In this document: positions 12,695 to 25,974 of the stretch, one piece after another
Layout: each line of letters starts with the position of its first letter
Position numbering within the stretch: position 1 is the first letter of the stretch
Source: the human T2T-CHM13v2.0 reference genome, Homo sapiens
Assembly: GCF_009914755.1 (NCBI RefSeq)
Contig: NC_060928.1
Strand: one strand, 5' to 3'
Length of the DNA stretch: 64,000 nt
Position numbers and translations under genes: made by a program
Notes under the pieces: generated by a model
What the model was told of the DNA's origin: nothing
The model's input: only the letters and a program-made list of their open reading frames with translations
The model's database searches: none

Positions 12695-13829
12695 ATTTGT
12701 TTTTGTGTGTCTTTATTTCCTAAATTCTGTGAGAAGAATAGATTTTTATTTCAAACATTATCTGATATTGGCTTCCAATTTCCCAAGTAGTTTCTCTATT
12801 GTTACTGCTGAGCCTGTGAATTTACAATGTTCCACACCACTCCGAAGTTACTAGACAATAAATTAATCGATGAACGCTTTAAAAAGTTGGACTGCTTTAA
12901 TAAAAAAAAAAAAAACTGGGTCACATGTTCCAACAGAATTCCCTCTTTTAGAGAACTAATTTTACAAAATAATTCAGAGTGGAAGACAAGACACGATGGA
13001 ATGCTATTTTTGATAATGAGTAGCAGAAAAAAGACCAGAGAATAACACACCCACTGCTACTTTGTTTATACGGTTGTAACTTGCACATGCAAGTACTCTA
13101 CATAAAGTATTGCACAAGAAGAAACTGTCAAAAATGAATGCTTATGAAAACATTCTTCACTAAGGCCTCTAACAAGGAATGTGCTATCTCTGATTTCCTC
13201 GGCAAGTATTGACAGATTAAGCAGAGTGATAATGCTCAAGATGAAAAGACGTCTTATACTAGTTTTTATCAATAGTAAAAGCTGTTGGTACTAATTATAA
13301 TGGCTGTAAATTCAGTAGCAGAATCAACTTTACAGACGATATCTCCTAGGCAGCACAGCATTTTATAAAACCAACTTTACTTCCATCAAAACCCTTTTTC
13401 CCCCCCAATCCGACAGACCCTGGCAACCTGTCTTGCTGTGTCTTTTTTCCCCTACCCTTCCAAAAGAACCCCAGCCAGTGAATCGAAGTAATATTTTCCG
13501 CAGTTCAAAGGTAAGGGCAAACTCAGCTCTACTAAGAACTCTTGCTCCTCACCAGCACACACCCTAACCCCCACCCCCCTTTTTTTTCTTTTCAAATCTT
13601 GGCCTAGGAAAGATTAATGCTCCCATATCATTGCAAATCCACAAAAATGCGATTTTAGGTGGCGAGGAACTAAACTAGGATGGCAGGAAAGACCGGCAGC
13701 AATAAATCATTTCGCCCTAGAAACCAGCCTCTCCAGAACGCAGGAAACCAGGCTGTGCCCAAAGAACCTGCCGCCCGGAAGCAACAACTTCCATCAAACG
13801 GCAAATAAAAGTTGCAAAGAAGAGCTCAG

Positions 13830-15110
13830 CGCCCAGGCACCCTGCCCGGTGCCGAGGCTGAGAGCAGCAGGCAATCTACAGGCCGAGTCAGCTCGCGGGC
13901 GGTGGCCGCGGTGTCCGCAGGGCTGGCTCCGGCTCCGGAAGACTCCGGGTCCCGGGGTACGCCAACGGCCCGGGGCTGCGCGGGCACAGCGCCCGCACCC
14001 CTCCCCAGGACCGCGAGCAGTGGGCGGAGAGACCAGAGCAAGGGAAAAGGCGGACAATGCCCGGCTGGGGTGGCGCGCTCCGCCGGTCCCCGCCAGCCCT
14101 GCCCGCCGGGGCCCGCCAGCCGCCGCGCTAAGTTTGCTCCTCAGCCCTCCCTTCCCAGCCGAGGCGGCGGAGCCGTGGTCGCCGGTCTTCCTCCACCTCT
14201 GCCACCGCCTTCCTTCCCGCGGGGCGGCTCCCGCGAGTCGGTGGCGAGGCGGCGCGCGACCAGAGCAGGACGCGCGAGAAGGCGGCGCGCGAGGGGTACC
14301 CGGGCGCGCGCGAGAAGAGCCAGGCACTGGAGGGGAAGGGGACGTGCGGGAGAGACGGGCGCGCGGCGCTGCCGGCGGAACCGCCGGAGCTCGGGCGGGC
14401 TTTCGGTTGAGGCTGGGGTTGCGCCGCGGTTTGGTGTCCGTTACGAGCGCCGGCCCGGGCCGCGCCGCGCCGCTTGCCAGCCATCCTGGACCGCCTTCCC
14501 TCGGCGCCCACCAGGAAGGACAGCTGGCGAGGGCCGACGACCTCGTCTCCCGCCCAGGCTGGGCTGCCGGCGGCGGGCATCCCGGCGCCTGCCCCGGGGC
14601 TGGAAGAGAAAGTAAAATGAAGCGCCTTTCCCCAGTCAACACCTACCCGTTCCCAGTCCTAGTACAGCTGCCTCGCTCCTCCAGCGCCGCCGGTCCCCGC
14701 CCTCGGGCCCCTGGCTCCGTTCTCTTGACAATGGCGCGTCCCCTTTAAGGAATAATCCGATCGGAACCGATCTGTGGTTAAACCTCCCTCCGACTCTGAT
14801 TTTAACCGGATTTCTCTCTCGCTCTCTCCCAGAGCCCGACGGGCGCCCGGCTGTGCTGCGAGGTCTTCCCACCCCTTCCCTACCCCGCCCGCCCCCTGGC
14901 CTTCCTGATTGGCGAGAAACACTACAACAGGAACAGCAGTCCTCGCCCTCCACTGGCCTGGCCAGCCGCCGCTCAAAGTTGCTCCTACCTTCTCCCCGCC
15001 CCTTTTCCCGGGTTGGTCTTCCCTCTAATCATTCTCTGCCCTCGCCTCTAACGTTGCTTTGGAGCCCTGGCAGTCAAGGCTCACCCTCCCGCCTCCGGAA
15101 AGCGAACTTT
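13830..15110. promoter_or_regulatory. CpG island promoter
   Basis: Very high GC and CpG density; GC boxes (ccccgccc 14883, 14994); ATTGG/CCAAT boxes at 14908, 15117, 15148; YY1-like acaatggcgcg 14728-14738. Confidence 0.95.
14647..14900 (-). other. RC3H1: Non-coding first exon (5'UTR) of a minus-strand gene; tentatively RC3H1 (Roquin-1)
   Basis: Donor ACGG|GTAGGT at 14647/14646; no ATG in the exon; CCAAT/GC boxes upstream; no coding exon seen in 14.6 kb downstream. The symbol is a tentative memory match from locus layout only; TSS position approximate. Confidence 0.45.
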
Positions 15111-17135
15111 ATTTTTATTGGTGAAAGGACATCTTCCTGTACACTTGATTGGGCAAGGAAAGAGCTAGTCTGCACGCTCCCTACCATTATTACTCTCTAT
15201 TTACGGGCTTGAGAAACACAGCCGCAAAGTCCTCTCCGCTTTGCCTTCTAGGAGCGACTTTACCTTTAAATGTTGTTAGGGGTCGAGGACAAACTCATAT
15301 CCTATATTGAGGAAAGCTGGAAAGGGACAAGAGAAAAATTCAAAATTTTCTCCCGATCAGTAATGTATCCAGAGCTGGCGCCCGGATCCTGCGGAACCTT
15401 ATCCAATGATCCAGAGAATGGAATGGTTAGAATTGAGTTAGAATACCTGAAAGTCCAGTGCTAATTCCTCCTGAGATTTACTCAACAAGTTTCATCCACT
15501 GTCCGCCCTACTCATACCATTGATTGCACTGGCATTTTGCCACCCGGAAGAGCTTTAATCAAGTTATCTGCAAACCTGGAGGTTTCCTTGCTTGTCTCGC
15601 AATTGTTCATTTAGAAAATCATTTCCATTACAAGTTCCGTTTAAGTCACGTCCTCTGTGACGTTCCCGCGTTTCCACGAGACCTGTTACTTTTTTGAAAA
15701 AATTAAGTAGATGGTACCCTTATGCCATCCTCAAAGTGTAGGACTTCGTTCCCCCTTGCTAGAACTGTAGGAAAAACACCCCAGGTCACTTGAACAACTG
15801 AGATGCCTCTCAGGAGAAAACGAGTCTGTCTAAGGGAAAGAGGGAATCTGATACCAGAAGCTTGACCATGGAGCAGAACCTCACGCATTGAAAAGAGAAG
15901 AAATTATGGGGAAGCCTAGTGCGGGGTCTGCTTTAGAGTTTCCCCAGTTTCCCACTGGAGCTGTAAGAACTAAAAGGTTTATTTCCACTAAAATTGAGTA
16001 CAGGTACAGCTTCGGTACCCATCTAAGAATGTTAGGGGAAAATGGTTATGTGTTCTCTCCCTCTTTGCCGATGAACCTTGAAGACTGTGTACCCCGGGGG
16101 CTTTAGTACATTTGCAGTGATACCCCAGTATAATCTAATGGTGCCAAGGAAGTGTCAGTGCTCAGCAGTACCCTAGAAAAGGGGCTTGATGATGACAGAG
16201 AAGGGTAAGTAAACATCAGTAGTTGGTAGTTCATAGGACTTTTCCCCAAGTACAGGTGAAAAATTTCATGAGGATTCCCGAAAATATGAAAGAGCAGGAA
16301 ACAAAAGGGAACGTTGCAGGAAGGTGGTTTAGGTATCACTAGTGGGGGCAAGAGACGATGAACTATCTGGGTTGCATTTATATGGCCTTCACAGATACAC
16401 ACATCCTCCCTATTAAGTCCCTATAACTAAATCCCTATGCTTAGCCTATTCTGATTTTACTGTATAATAAAACTGCAGCCAAGCTAAACTAATACTTCTG
16501 GTTTACTCACTTACCACTCTCAAACTCTGAGACTGCTTCTGGGTTCTAATATTCTACATTAGAATATAAGAAGAAGAAGATACTATGTACTGATATCTAG
16601 TATGATCTTCTGGAGATAAAGATATCCAGTGTTTCAGGCATGTACACACCTGCAGCTTTTGTTCAAGGTCTAAGTGATGTTTTCAGGTTCTTTCTAAAAC
16701 ACCTGCCCTATGATATCCAGCTTGTTACTGCCCTCTTTTGCTGCACTAGCAGACTGGGCATATAAACTAGAGAAGGCAGTCTACAGTAACCTCTAGATTC
16801 TCTTACTTGCATTGAACCAACTATGCTGAGATTATCACCTTTCAAGTATAATTTGTGTTATTCTTTTCTCTAAATATTTCATATTTGCCCACAATAGGAT
16901 CATTTATCACTTTTTAGCCCACACATGCAACTTCCTGGTACTAATACTCCTACTGGCATTTCACAGCAAAGAAGAATTTTAAAAATCTACAAACCTGGAG
17001 CTTACAACGTAGAGGTTATTCTTAAGAATGTTCAGTGTTGATGAACACAGCCCCAGTTCTAACCCTGGAGAATTTTACAAGTTGTACTTTCTCATTCAGA
17101 GAGACTTTATCTCTCTACCTTAGTTTCTCATTCTA

Positions 17136-17452
<317 letters not shown>

Positions 17453-17495
<43 letters not shown>
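17453..17495. repeat. (CA)n microsatellite
   Basis: About 21 perfect CA units. Confidence 0.95.
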
Positions 17496-17499
<4 letters not shown>

Positions 17500-17581
17500 C
17501 TCCAATGTGCTAATGTAAATAAAGCTTTTTAAATTATTGTATATAGATGTTTGTTAAAGTCTTTTAAATGGTGAAATACCT

Positions 17582-17920
<339 letters not shown>

Positions 17921-18076
17921 TTATATGCAAATGTACCCCTCAAAGAGGTTCCATAGTTTAACCAGTAATTATTTTTCCTCTGAAAAATTATGTTACCATT
18001 CCTATTGGAAATTCTTTCCAGTTCACCACACACTTATATAGCGACTATTATGTGTTAAGAATAGTGAGAAAATGGG

Positions 18077-18369
18077 GGCCAAGTGCAGTGGCTCACACCT
18101 GTATTCCCAGCACTGGGAGGCCGAGGCAGGTAAATCACTTGAGCTCAGGAGTTCGAGACCAGGCTGACCAACATGGTGAAACCCCGTCTCTACTAAAAAT
18201 ACAAAATTAGCTGGGCGGGGTGGCGCGTGCCTGTAATCCCAGCTACTCAGGAGGCTGAGGCAGGAGAATCGCTTGAACCTGGAAGGCGGAGGTGCGGTGA
18301 GCTGAGATGTTGCCATTGCACTCCAGCCTATGCAACAAGAGTGAAACTCCGTCTAAAAAAAAAAAAGAA
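18077..18369 (+). mobile_element. Alu (S lineage)
   Basis: Dimeric Alu; TSD-like aagaatag(t/g)gagaaaatg. Confidence 0.95.
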
Positions 18370-18526
18370 TAGGGAGAAAATGATGAATATGTATCCATTC
18401 TCCAGAGAGTATGTCATGAATCTCCACCTATAAGGGGCACAGTTTTTACCCTTTATTTCCTTCAAAGCTCTTGCGTGGAGACTATGTATTCACCAGAGAT
18501 TTTTCTATAGTAAAATTTTTAAAAAT

Positions 18527-18673
18527 CCAGAGCATGGTGTGATGGTGCACACCTGTAATCTCAGCTAGTGGGGAGGCTGAGATGGGAAGATTGCTTTGAG
18601 CCCAGAAGTTCAAGGCCAGCCTGGGCAACATAGCAAGATCCTGTCTTTTTTTTTTTTTTTTTCAAAAAAAAAA
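18527..18673 (+). mobile_element. FLAM_A-type Alu monomer
   Basis: Single monomer; tail has a T run before the A run. Confidence 0.85.
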
Positions 18674-18999
18674 TCCAACTAATGGAAGCTGTCAACCAAA
18701 ATCATTTCCCCTGTCCCATTAATATTGATGAGAATAAGTTAAAAGAAAATAAGTCACAGTAGTTTGATTTAATGAAAAAATTCCAGGAAATAGTTCCACA
18801 GTCTCCTAGGTCTCCCAGAGGAGGTCCAAGTCCTTCACTCTCTAAAGTTAAATGTGTTGCTTTGTAAAATAAGAACTGATATTCATTGAGTATGTCACTG
18901 AAAGGTCTGCAATTATCAGTAAAAAATTCAATTGTGTTCAGTATATTTCACCTACTGGGTAGAATGTGGATATTAATACATTTTTAGAAAGCTTTCCAA

Positions 19000-19540
19000 T
19001 TATCTCTTGCTTAAAACCCTTTAGAGATTTCTCTAGGCACATTCTGAATATAAACACCGCAGCAAAACGTACAAGTCTCTTTATAATCTGACTATAGGCT
19101 TCTTCTCAAATTTCTTCCCTGACCACTCCCTCGTTTGACACTGGAAGTGTCTGCTCTCTCAATATCAACTATCATGTTCTTTCAAGCTTCAATGCCATTC
19201 CCTTTGTGTAGAATAGCTTTCCCCTCTTTGCTCATCTGAAGGACACTTCAATCCATCCATCAAACTGATGGCCCAATAGAAGCATTGCCCTCTTTATGCA
19301 GTTTTCTCTAGTTGCACTCCCTTCCTTGACTTAATTATTCTTTGTGCTACTTTTCTACTACATATATACTATTTTGTTATAGGTATCACTTTGAATACAG
19401 AACTTAAATGTTTCTTTTCCTGTCTCTTGTACTAGTCTGGTTTGTTCTCACAGAGCAAAGCCAGGATTATGTATCATCGCATGGGCATCATTTAGTATGA
19501 TGACTGGCATAAGTGAGGCTTTCAGTACAGCATGTCAAAT
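19000..19540 (+). mobile_element. L2 3' fragment
   Basis: Degenerate L2 text (cttgcttaaaaccctt..; tgactggcataagtgaggctttcagta..tgaatga). Confidence 0.6.
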
Positions 19541-19848
19541 TGAGCTGAATGAGCACAGCTGAAACCAAAAAGTTAACCTACAATGTGAAAATCTAATTAA
19601 CCACAAGACCATTCTAGGAGCATTCTAATTACTTGATATTTTATTGCAAATCTATCTTATCAATTAGTAAAAGATCACTGGTTCTCAGACTTTTTTATTT
19701 CATGAACTGGTAAAATTTCCAAGGAATTTTTAGGAACTGACATAAGCTTATCAACTTTTTAATTTTTCCGTGTAAGGTACAAAAATAAATATAAATAAAA
19801 CTTCTATCTATTCTCATTATTTCATAAAATAAGAATATTTTAAAGCCA

Positions 19849-20283
19849 GACCAGGTGTGGGGGCTCATGCTTGTAATCCCAACACTTTGGAAGGCCAAGG
19901 ACAGGCAGATCACTTTAGCCAGGAGTTCAAGATCAGCCTGGGCAAAATAGCAAGACCCTATCTCTGCAAAAAAACAATAATCAAAAAATTAGCTTGGTGT
20001 GGTGGTGCATGACTGTAGTCCCAGTTACTCAGGAGGCCAGGGCAGGAAGATTGCTTAAGCCTAGGAGTTCAAGGTTACAGTGAACTATCATTGAACCATT
20101 GCACTCTAGCCTGGGTGGCAGAGTGCAACCTTGTCTTAAGGAAAAAAAAAAACTTGGAAGGCTGAGTGGGAGAATTGCTTGAGCCCAGAGGTTGAGGCTA
20201 CACTAAGCAGAGATCAAACCACTGTACTCCAGCCTGGGCAACAGAGGAAGACCCTGTCTCTAAAAAAAATTAAAAAATTAAAA
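19849..20283 (+). mobile_element. AluJ followed directly by an extra Alu right arm (20153-20283)
   Basis: Three Alu arms in tandem. Confidence 0.92.
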
Positions 20284-20420
20284 TGGGGAAGATTGTAACA
20301 TCAGAATGAAAGTTATTGAATTAAATAAACTTAACATTATGAAAACTTGCACAGACCTCTAGTTGTGTCTAGAATACTCTTTGCACTTTACCGGTACTTG
20401 ATCAGGTGCTTCTTTGCAAC

Positions 20421-20718
20421 TTTTTTTTTTTTTTTTTTTTTTTTTGAGACAGAGTCTTGCTCTGTCGCCCAGGCTGAAATGCAGTGGTGAGATCTCGGCT
20501 CACCGCAACCTCTGGTTCCCGGGTTCAAGAGATTCTCCTGCCTCAGCATCTTGAGAAGCTGGGACTACAGGGTTGCACCACCATGCCCGGCTAATTTTGG
20601 TATTTTTAGTAGAGGCGGGGTTTCACCATGTTGGTCAGGCTGGTCTCAAACTCCTGACCTCAAGTGATCCACCCACCCCGGTCTCCCAAAACACTGGGAT
20701 TGCAGGCATGAGCCAGCC
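20421..20718 (-). mobile_element. Alu (Sx-like)
   Basis: Reverse Alu; TSD-like tctttgca. Confidence 0.95.
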
Positions 20719-20754
20719 TCTTTGCATCTACTTTAAAGGATGGTTTAGAAATTA

Positions 20755-21048
<294 letters not shown>

Positions 21049-21203
21049 CTATATAAATAAAGACACCTATATTCAGTTTAACCCTCTTTGTCTACCTATT
21101 ACTAAAAATATCTGTGAATTAAGGACCCAAGAGCGTATAAAGTGGTTTTCAGATTAGACTTTTTAATTATTTAGAGGAATGAACAGTTCATCTGTCACTG
21201 CTC

Positions 21204-21356
21204 CTTTTCTTTCTTTCTTTCTTTCTTTTTTTTGGCTTTGAGATAGGGTCTTTCAGTGTTGCCCAGGCTGATCTAAAACTCTTGGCCTCAAGTGATCCTC
21301 CTGCCTTGGTCTCTTTGAGTAGCTGGTATTACAAGCATAAATCACTGAGCTCAGCT
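21204..21356 (-). mobile_element. FLAM-type Alu monomer
   Basis: Single arm with (CTTT)n tail. Confidence 0.82.
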
Positions 21357-21915
21357 AGTCTGCCACTGTTTGAATGGTTATCTAGTACTGCGGTGAAATT
21401 ATTTTGAAACTATCTTAAAATGTGTTAGATTTATGTGTGCTTTAAAGTAATGCTCTAGTAAGTATGAATTTCTAACTTTAAAAGATGACAGAAAGCAGTT
21501 TTTAATCTGTTCCTAGTTTATGAGTTGACAGAAAATAGATGAAAAAAAGTAGACACTCTATTTAAATGTATTGCCACCACCTATCAACTCATTATCCCAT
21601 TTGAAAAAGAATTCATGAATTATCCAAAGAACTGGGAAATTTTTTGGTTGGGAGGTAAATCAGTTACATGAGCATACCGCTGGCAAAGGAGTATGCCATA
21701 TGACTGATCTCTGTTGGGGGGCTTCTGTCTGTTGACAGAGAAGCAGAAAAACAAAGGACAAAGGAAACCCTCATTAATTAATCTTACCAACTAAGCCAAA
21801 TAAATGGACCACTTGTTTCAGCAGCAGAAGCAAACTGTTGACAATTGAGAAAAGCCACCTGCAGGTGCTTTTGAACACAAGCTGCCCCAGAGACCCAAAA
21901 TACTATTGTCTAACA

Positions 21916-22256
21916 CAGGGGTCAGCAAACTTTCTCTGTTAAGAGCCAGATAGTAAATATTTTTGGCTTTGCAGGCCATATGGTCTCTGTTACAACTACT
22001 CAACTCTGCTGCTGTAGCCTGAAAGTGGTCAAAGACAATATCTTATAAATTAATATGTAGGGTTATGTTCCAATAAACTTTATTTATGGACACTGAAACT
22101 GAATTTCTTTTCATTTTCATGTGTCAAGAAGTATCATGATTCTTTTGATTTTTTTTCAACCATTAAGAAATGTAGAAACCATTCTTAGCTTGCCAGCCAT
22201 AGAAAAACAGATGCCGGACTGGATTTGGCCCATGAGCTGTAGTGTGAGGCCCTCTG
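21916..22256 (+). mobile_element. MER58B-like hAT DNA transposon
   Basis: caggggtcagcaaactt..agatagtaaatatttt..ggatttggccc..ccctctg; about 340 bp. Confidence 0.85.
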
Positions 22257-22294
22257 ATTTAATGTAATTCTAATTCCTTTTTAAAAAACAATTT

Positions 22295-22775
22295 TTTTTT
22301 TCAGTTCAGTATCTAGTATGTGTCCGGCACTATGCTAGGCCTGGGACTATAATGGTTAACAAGATAGACATGGTCCCTGTCCTCATGGAGCTTATGGTGT
22401 AAGAATTAGAACTATAATAAATGGCTCTGAGGGAAAAGTACAGAGGATCTACACTGTGAATTGTAATCTAGACCAGGCAATCTAGAAAGGCTTCCCTGAG
22501 GAAGAATTCTTTGACAAGGACTGAAAAATTAGTGAAGTGAGAGATGGGAAAGAGGAAAGTATTTCAGGCAGAAGGCACAGCATGTGCGGCACTCTGGTGG
22601 CATTGAAATAAGGCCTGTGTGCCTGGAAAGTGCAAAGTGAAGGAGAGGGAGGAAGGCAGTGAAGTTGGAGAAACAGATAAAAGGAAAGACTTCAGCACCT
22701 AATAGGTCTTTATTCAGAGTAGTAGAAAGCCATTGAAAGTTTAATATCAAGGCCATGACATGTTCAGATTTGCAT
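22295..22775 (-). mobile_element. L2 3' fragment (continues 23231-23315)
   Basis: tatgtgtccggcactatgctagg..catggtccctgtcctcatggagctta..gaaaggcttccctgagga. Confidence 0.8.
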
Positions 22776-23085
22776 TTTATTTTTATTTTATTTTATTTTT
22801 CAGAAAGATGGTCCAGCTCTGTCACACGAGCTGGAGTGCAGAGGAACAACCATAGCTCATTGCAGCCTCAAACTCCTGGGCTCAAGGAATCCTCCCACCT
22901 CAGCCTCCTGAGTTAGCTCGGAGTATAGGCACACAAAACCACACCCAGCTAATTTTAACATTTTTTGTAAAGATGAGATCCCACTGTGTTTCCCAGGCTG
23001 CTCTTGAACTCCTGGGCTCAAATGATCCTCCTAAACTCAGCTTCCCAAAGTGCTAGATTATAGGTGTGAGCCACCGCGCCTGGTC
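22776..23085 (-). mobile_element. Alu (J lineage)
   Basis: Reverse dimeric Alu. Confidence 0.93.
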
Positions 23086-23089
23086 TGCA

Positions 23090-23230
23090 TTTTTATTTTT
23101 ATTAATGTTTTTATGAGATGAAATCTCACTATATTGCCTGGGCTGGTCTCAAACTCCTGGGTTCAAGCCACCCCTCCTGCCTCAGCCTTCCGAGTAGCTG
23201 GATTACAGGCACATGCCATACACCCGGCTC
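23090..23230 (-). mobile_element. FLAM-type Alu monomer
   Basis: Single arm. Confidence 0.85.
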
Positions 23231-23766
23231 AGATTTGCATTTTTAAAAGATCACTAGCTACAGTGTGAGGAATGGATTAGTGAGGAGGCAAGAGTAGTGA
23301 TTACAATAGTCAAAGGCCTCTAGACCCTAGATGCTTAGACCTCTAGACTCTGCACTCTAGACTCTAGGTCCTAGAGTCCAACACTAGTATTTTACCTAGG
23401 CTAGTTACTGTTCTTAATGCTTTAAATATACCAAATCATTGAAAGTTCACAATTCCATAAATAAGAACTATTATCCACTACTTTACAGAGGATGAAACTT
23501 AACTACAGGCTCTCTTTCAATTTTTTTCCCTTAGTACAGTGCCAGTTGCCTCTAGTTTAAAGAATTATGGGAAATAATTGCAGGAGAAAGATAAGAGTGA
23601 AGTAGAAAGAGAGGCAGAAAGAAATAAAGAAGATGTATTCTACGAAACCACAGCCTTGGTTCAGATCCTAGTCTCTTTTCCAAGAAATTATATTGTTCAC
23701 TGGGAAGGAGGCTCAAATTCAACAAGGTAGCTGCCTTGGGTATCAGAAGACACCCTTATGAAAGTA

Positions 23767-24119
23767 CAGATGCTCCTTGATTTATGATGTGGTTCCACCC
23801 AATAACCCATCATACATTGAAAATACCATAAATAGAAAATGCATTTAATACCCCCAACCTACCAAACATCAGAGCCTAGCCTACCTTAAACATTCTCAGA
23901 GTACTTACATTAGCCTACAGCTGGGCAAAATCACCTAACACAAAGCCTACTTTATTAAAAAAAAAGTGTTGAATATGTCATGTAATTTATTGAATATTAT
24001 ACTGAAAGTGAAAAACAGAATGGTTGTATTGGTACTTGAAGTACAGTTTCTAGTGAATGCCTATTGCTAGTGAAGTTGAAAAGTCATAAATTGAACCATT
24101 AATACTCAAGGACTATCTG
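23767..24119 (+). mobile_element. MER47A-like TcMar-Tigger DNA transposon
   Basis: TA|cagatgctcc...actatctg|TA termini; internal cctagcctaccttaaac..ttagcctacag. Confidence 0.88.
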
Positions 24120-24129
24120 TAGTCCCTGC

Positions 24130-24240
24130 AAAAATATACCCAATGCAATACACAGGACATAATTACCCTAAAACAGTACCCTCTGTTTATCCAAGATTCA
24201 AATTGAACTGAGTGTCCTGTATTTTATCTGGAAGTCGTAA
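24130..24240. mobile_element. MER53-like hAT element, partial
   Basis: gtttatc..attcaaattgaactgagtgtcctgtattttatctgg. Confidence 0.65.
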
Positions 24241-24512
24241 GGAAACACATTCCTTCCCATGTTCCTAGATGCAAGCTGGAGACACCTGGCCCCTTAAGAT
24301 TAGAAAATCAGCCTGAGTGTGTACCTTAAACAACTCTAAAAGCCCTCTGGAGGATTTTTGTGAATTACCAGGGCAGGAATGTGGGACTGAGGAATTATGT
24401 TTCCACTTTTGCCTCCAGGCTTATTCTCTCTTTCCTCAGGACTCACTTCCGAGACTCTTCCAATCAATGTACAGAAACACTGTAAGTGTGGCCCATTTCA
24501 CAGTAGAGCTAG

Positions 24513-24876
<364 letters not shown>

Positions 24877-25604
24877 TAGGATTTAACATACTCTCTTTTT
24901 TAGCATCCTTTCAGCCACCTAGCACCAACGGTTTCTCATGGTCCTCTGCCATAACCTCTGGGTCATGCTCACTCTTGACACACGCTTTTCCCTCCTCTGT
25001 CATCTTCTGAACATTCTCTCAGTAGCCAAAAATGTCTCTCCTCCTAGGGAACAAATTCCTAAACTAAACAATTTTGACTTCCTCTCTCAAGTTTTGCAAC
25101 CAGCTGATAGACAAGACCTCAGGGTCTTAATCATTTATTGAGACATTCTTCCAAACAAAAACAGTTTGAAATTCTTGCTGAGAAGAATTCTGATGCCAGC
25201 AGTTAAGACAATAATTTTTTTTATTAAATTATTGCAATGGTATCATTTTTGCCAGCATGCAGGAAAAAGAAGGATCTCTCTTTCAGTTGTATCCAATGGG
25301 ACCCATTTGAGCTAGTTACATCATCATTCTCCTGGAGGAAATTCAATTGCTTTTTGCCCTGTGACTAGGTACAATAAAAGTTAAGGAAAAAGTCTAATGG
25401 GCAGCATTTTGGATTCCATTATAGATTCTGGATAAGCCTGTTTGTTTGTCTTTCTGCCTTTAAATCTAATTCAGAATTAAAGCCCATTATACTTTTTAAG
25501 GTAAAGAAAGAAAGTTTTGGTAAATATGCCATAATTTGGTATAGCTGAAAGCATCGTGTGATCTTTTTAGAAAAAAAAAAAGAATGAAAGGTACTGTTAG
25601 GTAA

Positions 25605-25974
25605 TTATATGGTTTGGCTCTGTCCCTACCCAAGTTTTGTCTTGAATTGTAGCTCCTATAATTCCCACATGTTGTGGGAGGGGCCCAGTGGGAGATAATT
25701 GAATAATGGTTTCCCCCATTTTGTTTCCCCCATACTGTCCTCATGGTAGTGAATAAGTCTCACGAGATCTGATGATTTTATAAGGGGTTTCCCCTTTCAG
25801 TTGGCTCCCATTCTGTCTTGTCTGCCGCCATGTAAGACTTGCCTTTCACCTTCTACCATGATTGTGAGGCCTCCCCAGCCACATGGAACTGTGAGTCCAT
25901 TAAACCTCTTTTTCTTTATAAATTACCCAGTCTCAGGTGTGTTTTTATCAGCAGCATGAAAAGAGACTAATACA
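25605..25974 (+). mobile_element. THE1 (THE1C-like) solo LTR
   Basis: t(t)atatggtttggc...gactaataca; 5-bp TSD ggtaa at 25600-25604 and 25975-25979. Confidence 0.93.

Noticed and set aside
13794-14748. Overlapping 267-299 aa ORFs on both strands
   Set aside because: Pro/Arg/Ala/Gly-rich, no recognisable domain, open in several frames at once; expected from stop-codon scarcity in a CpG island, and they lie mostly in intron 1
18646-18673. T-run/c/A-run palindrome at a FLAM tail
   Set aside because: Low-complexity homopolymer artefact
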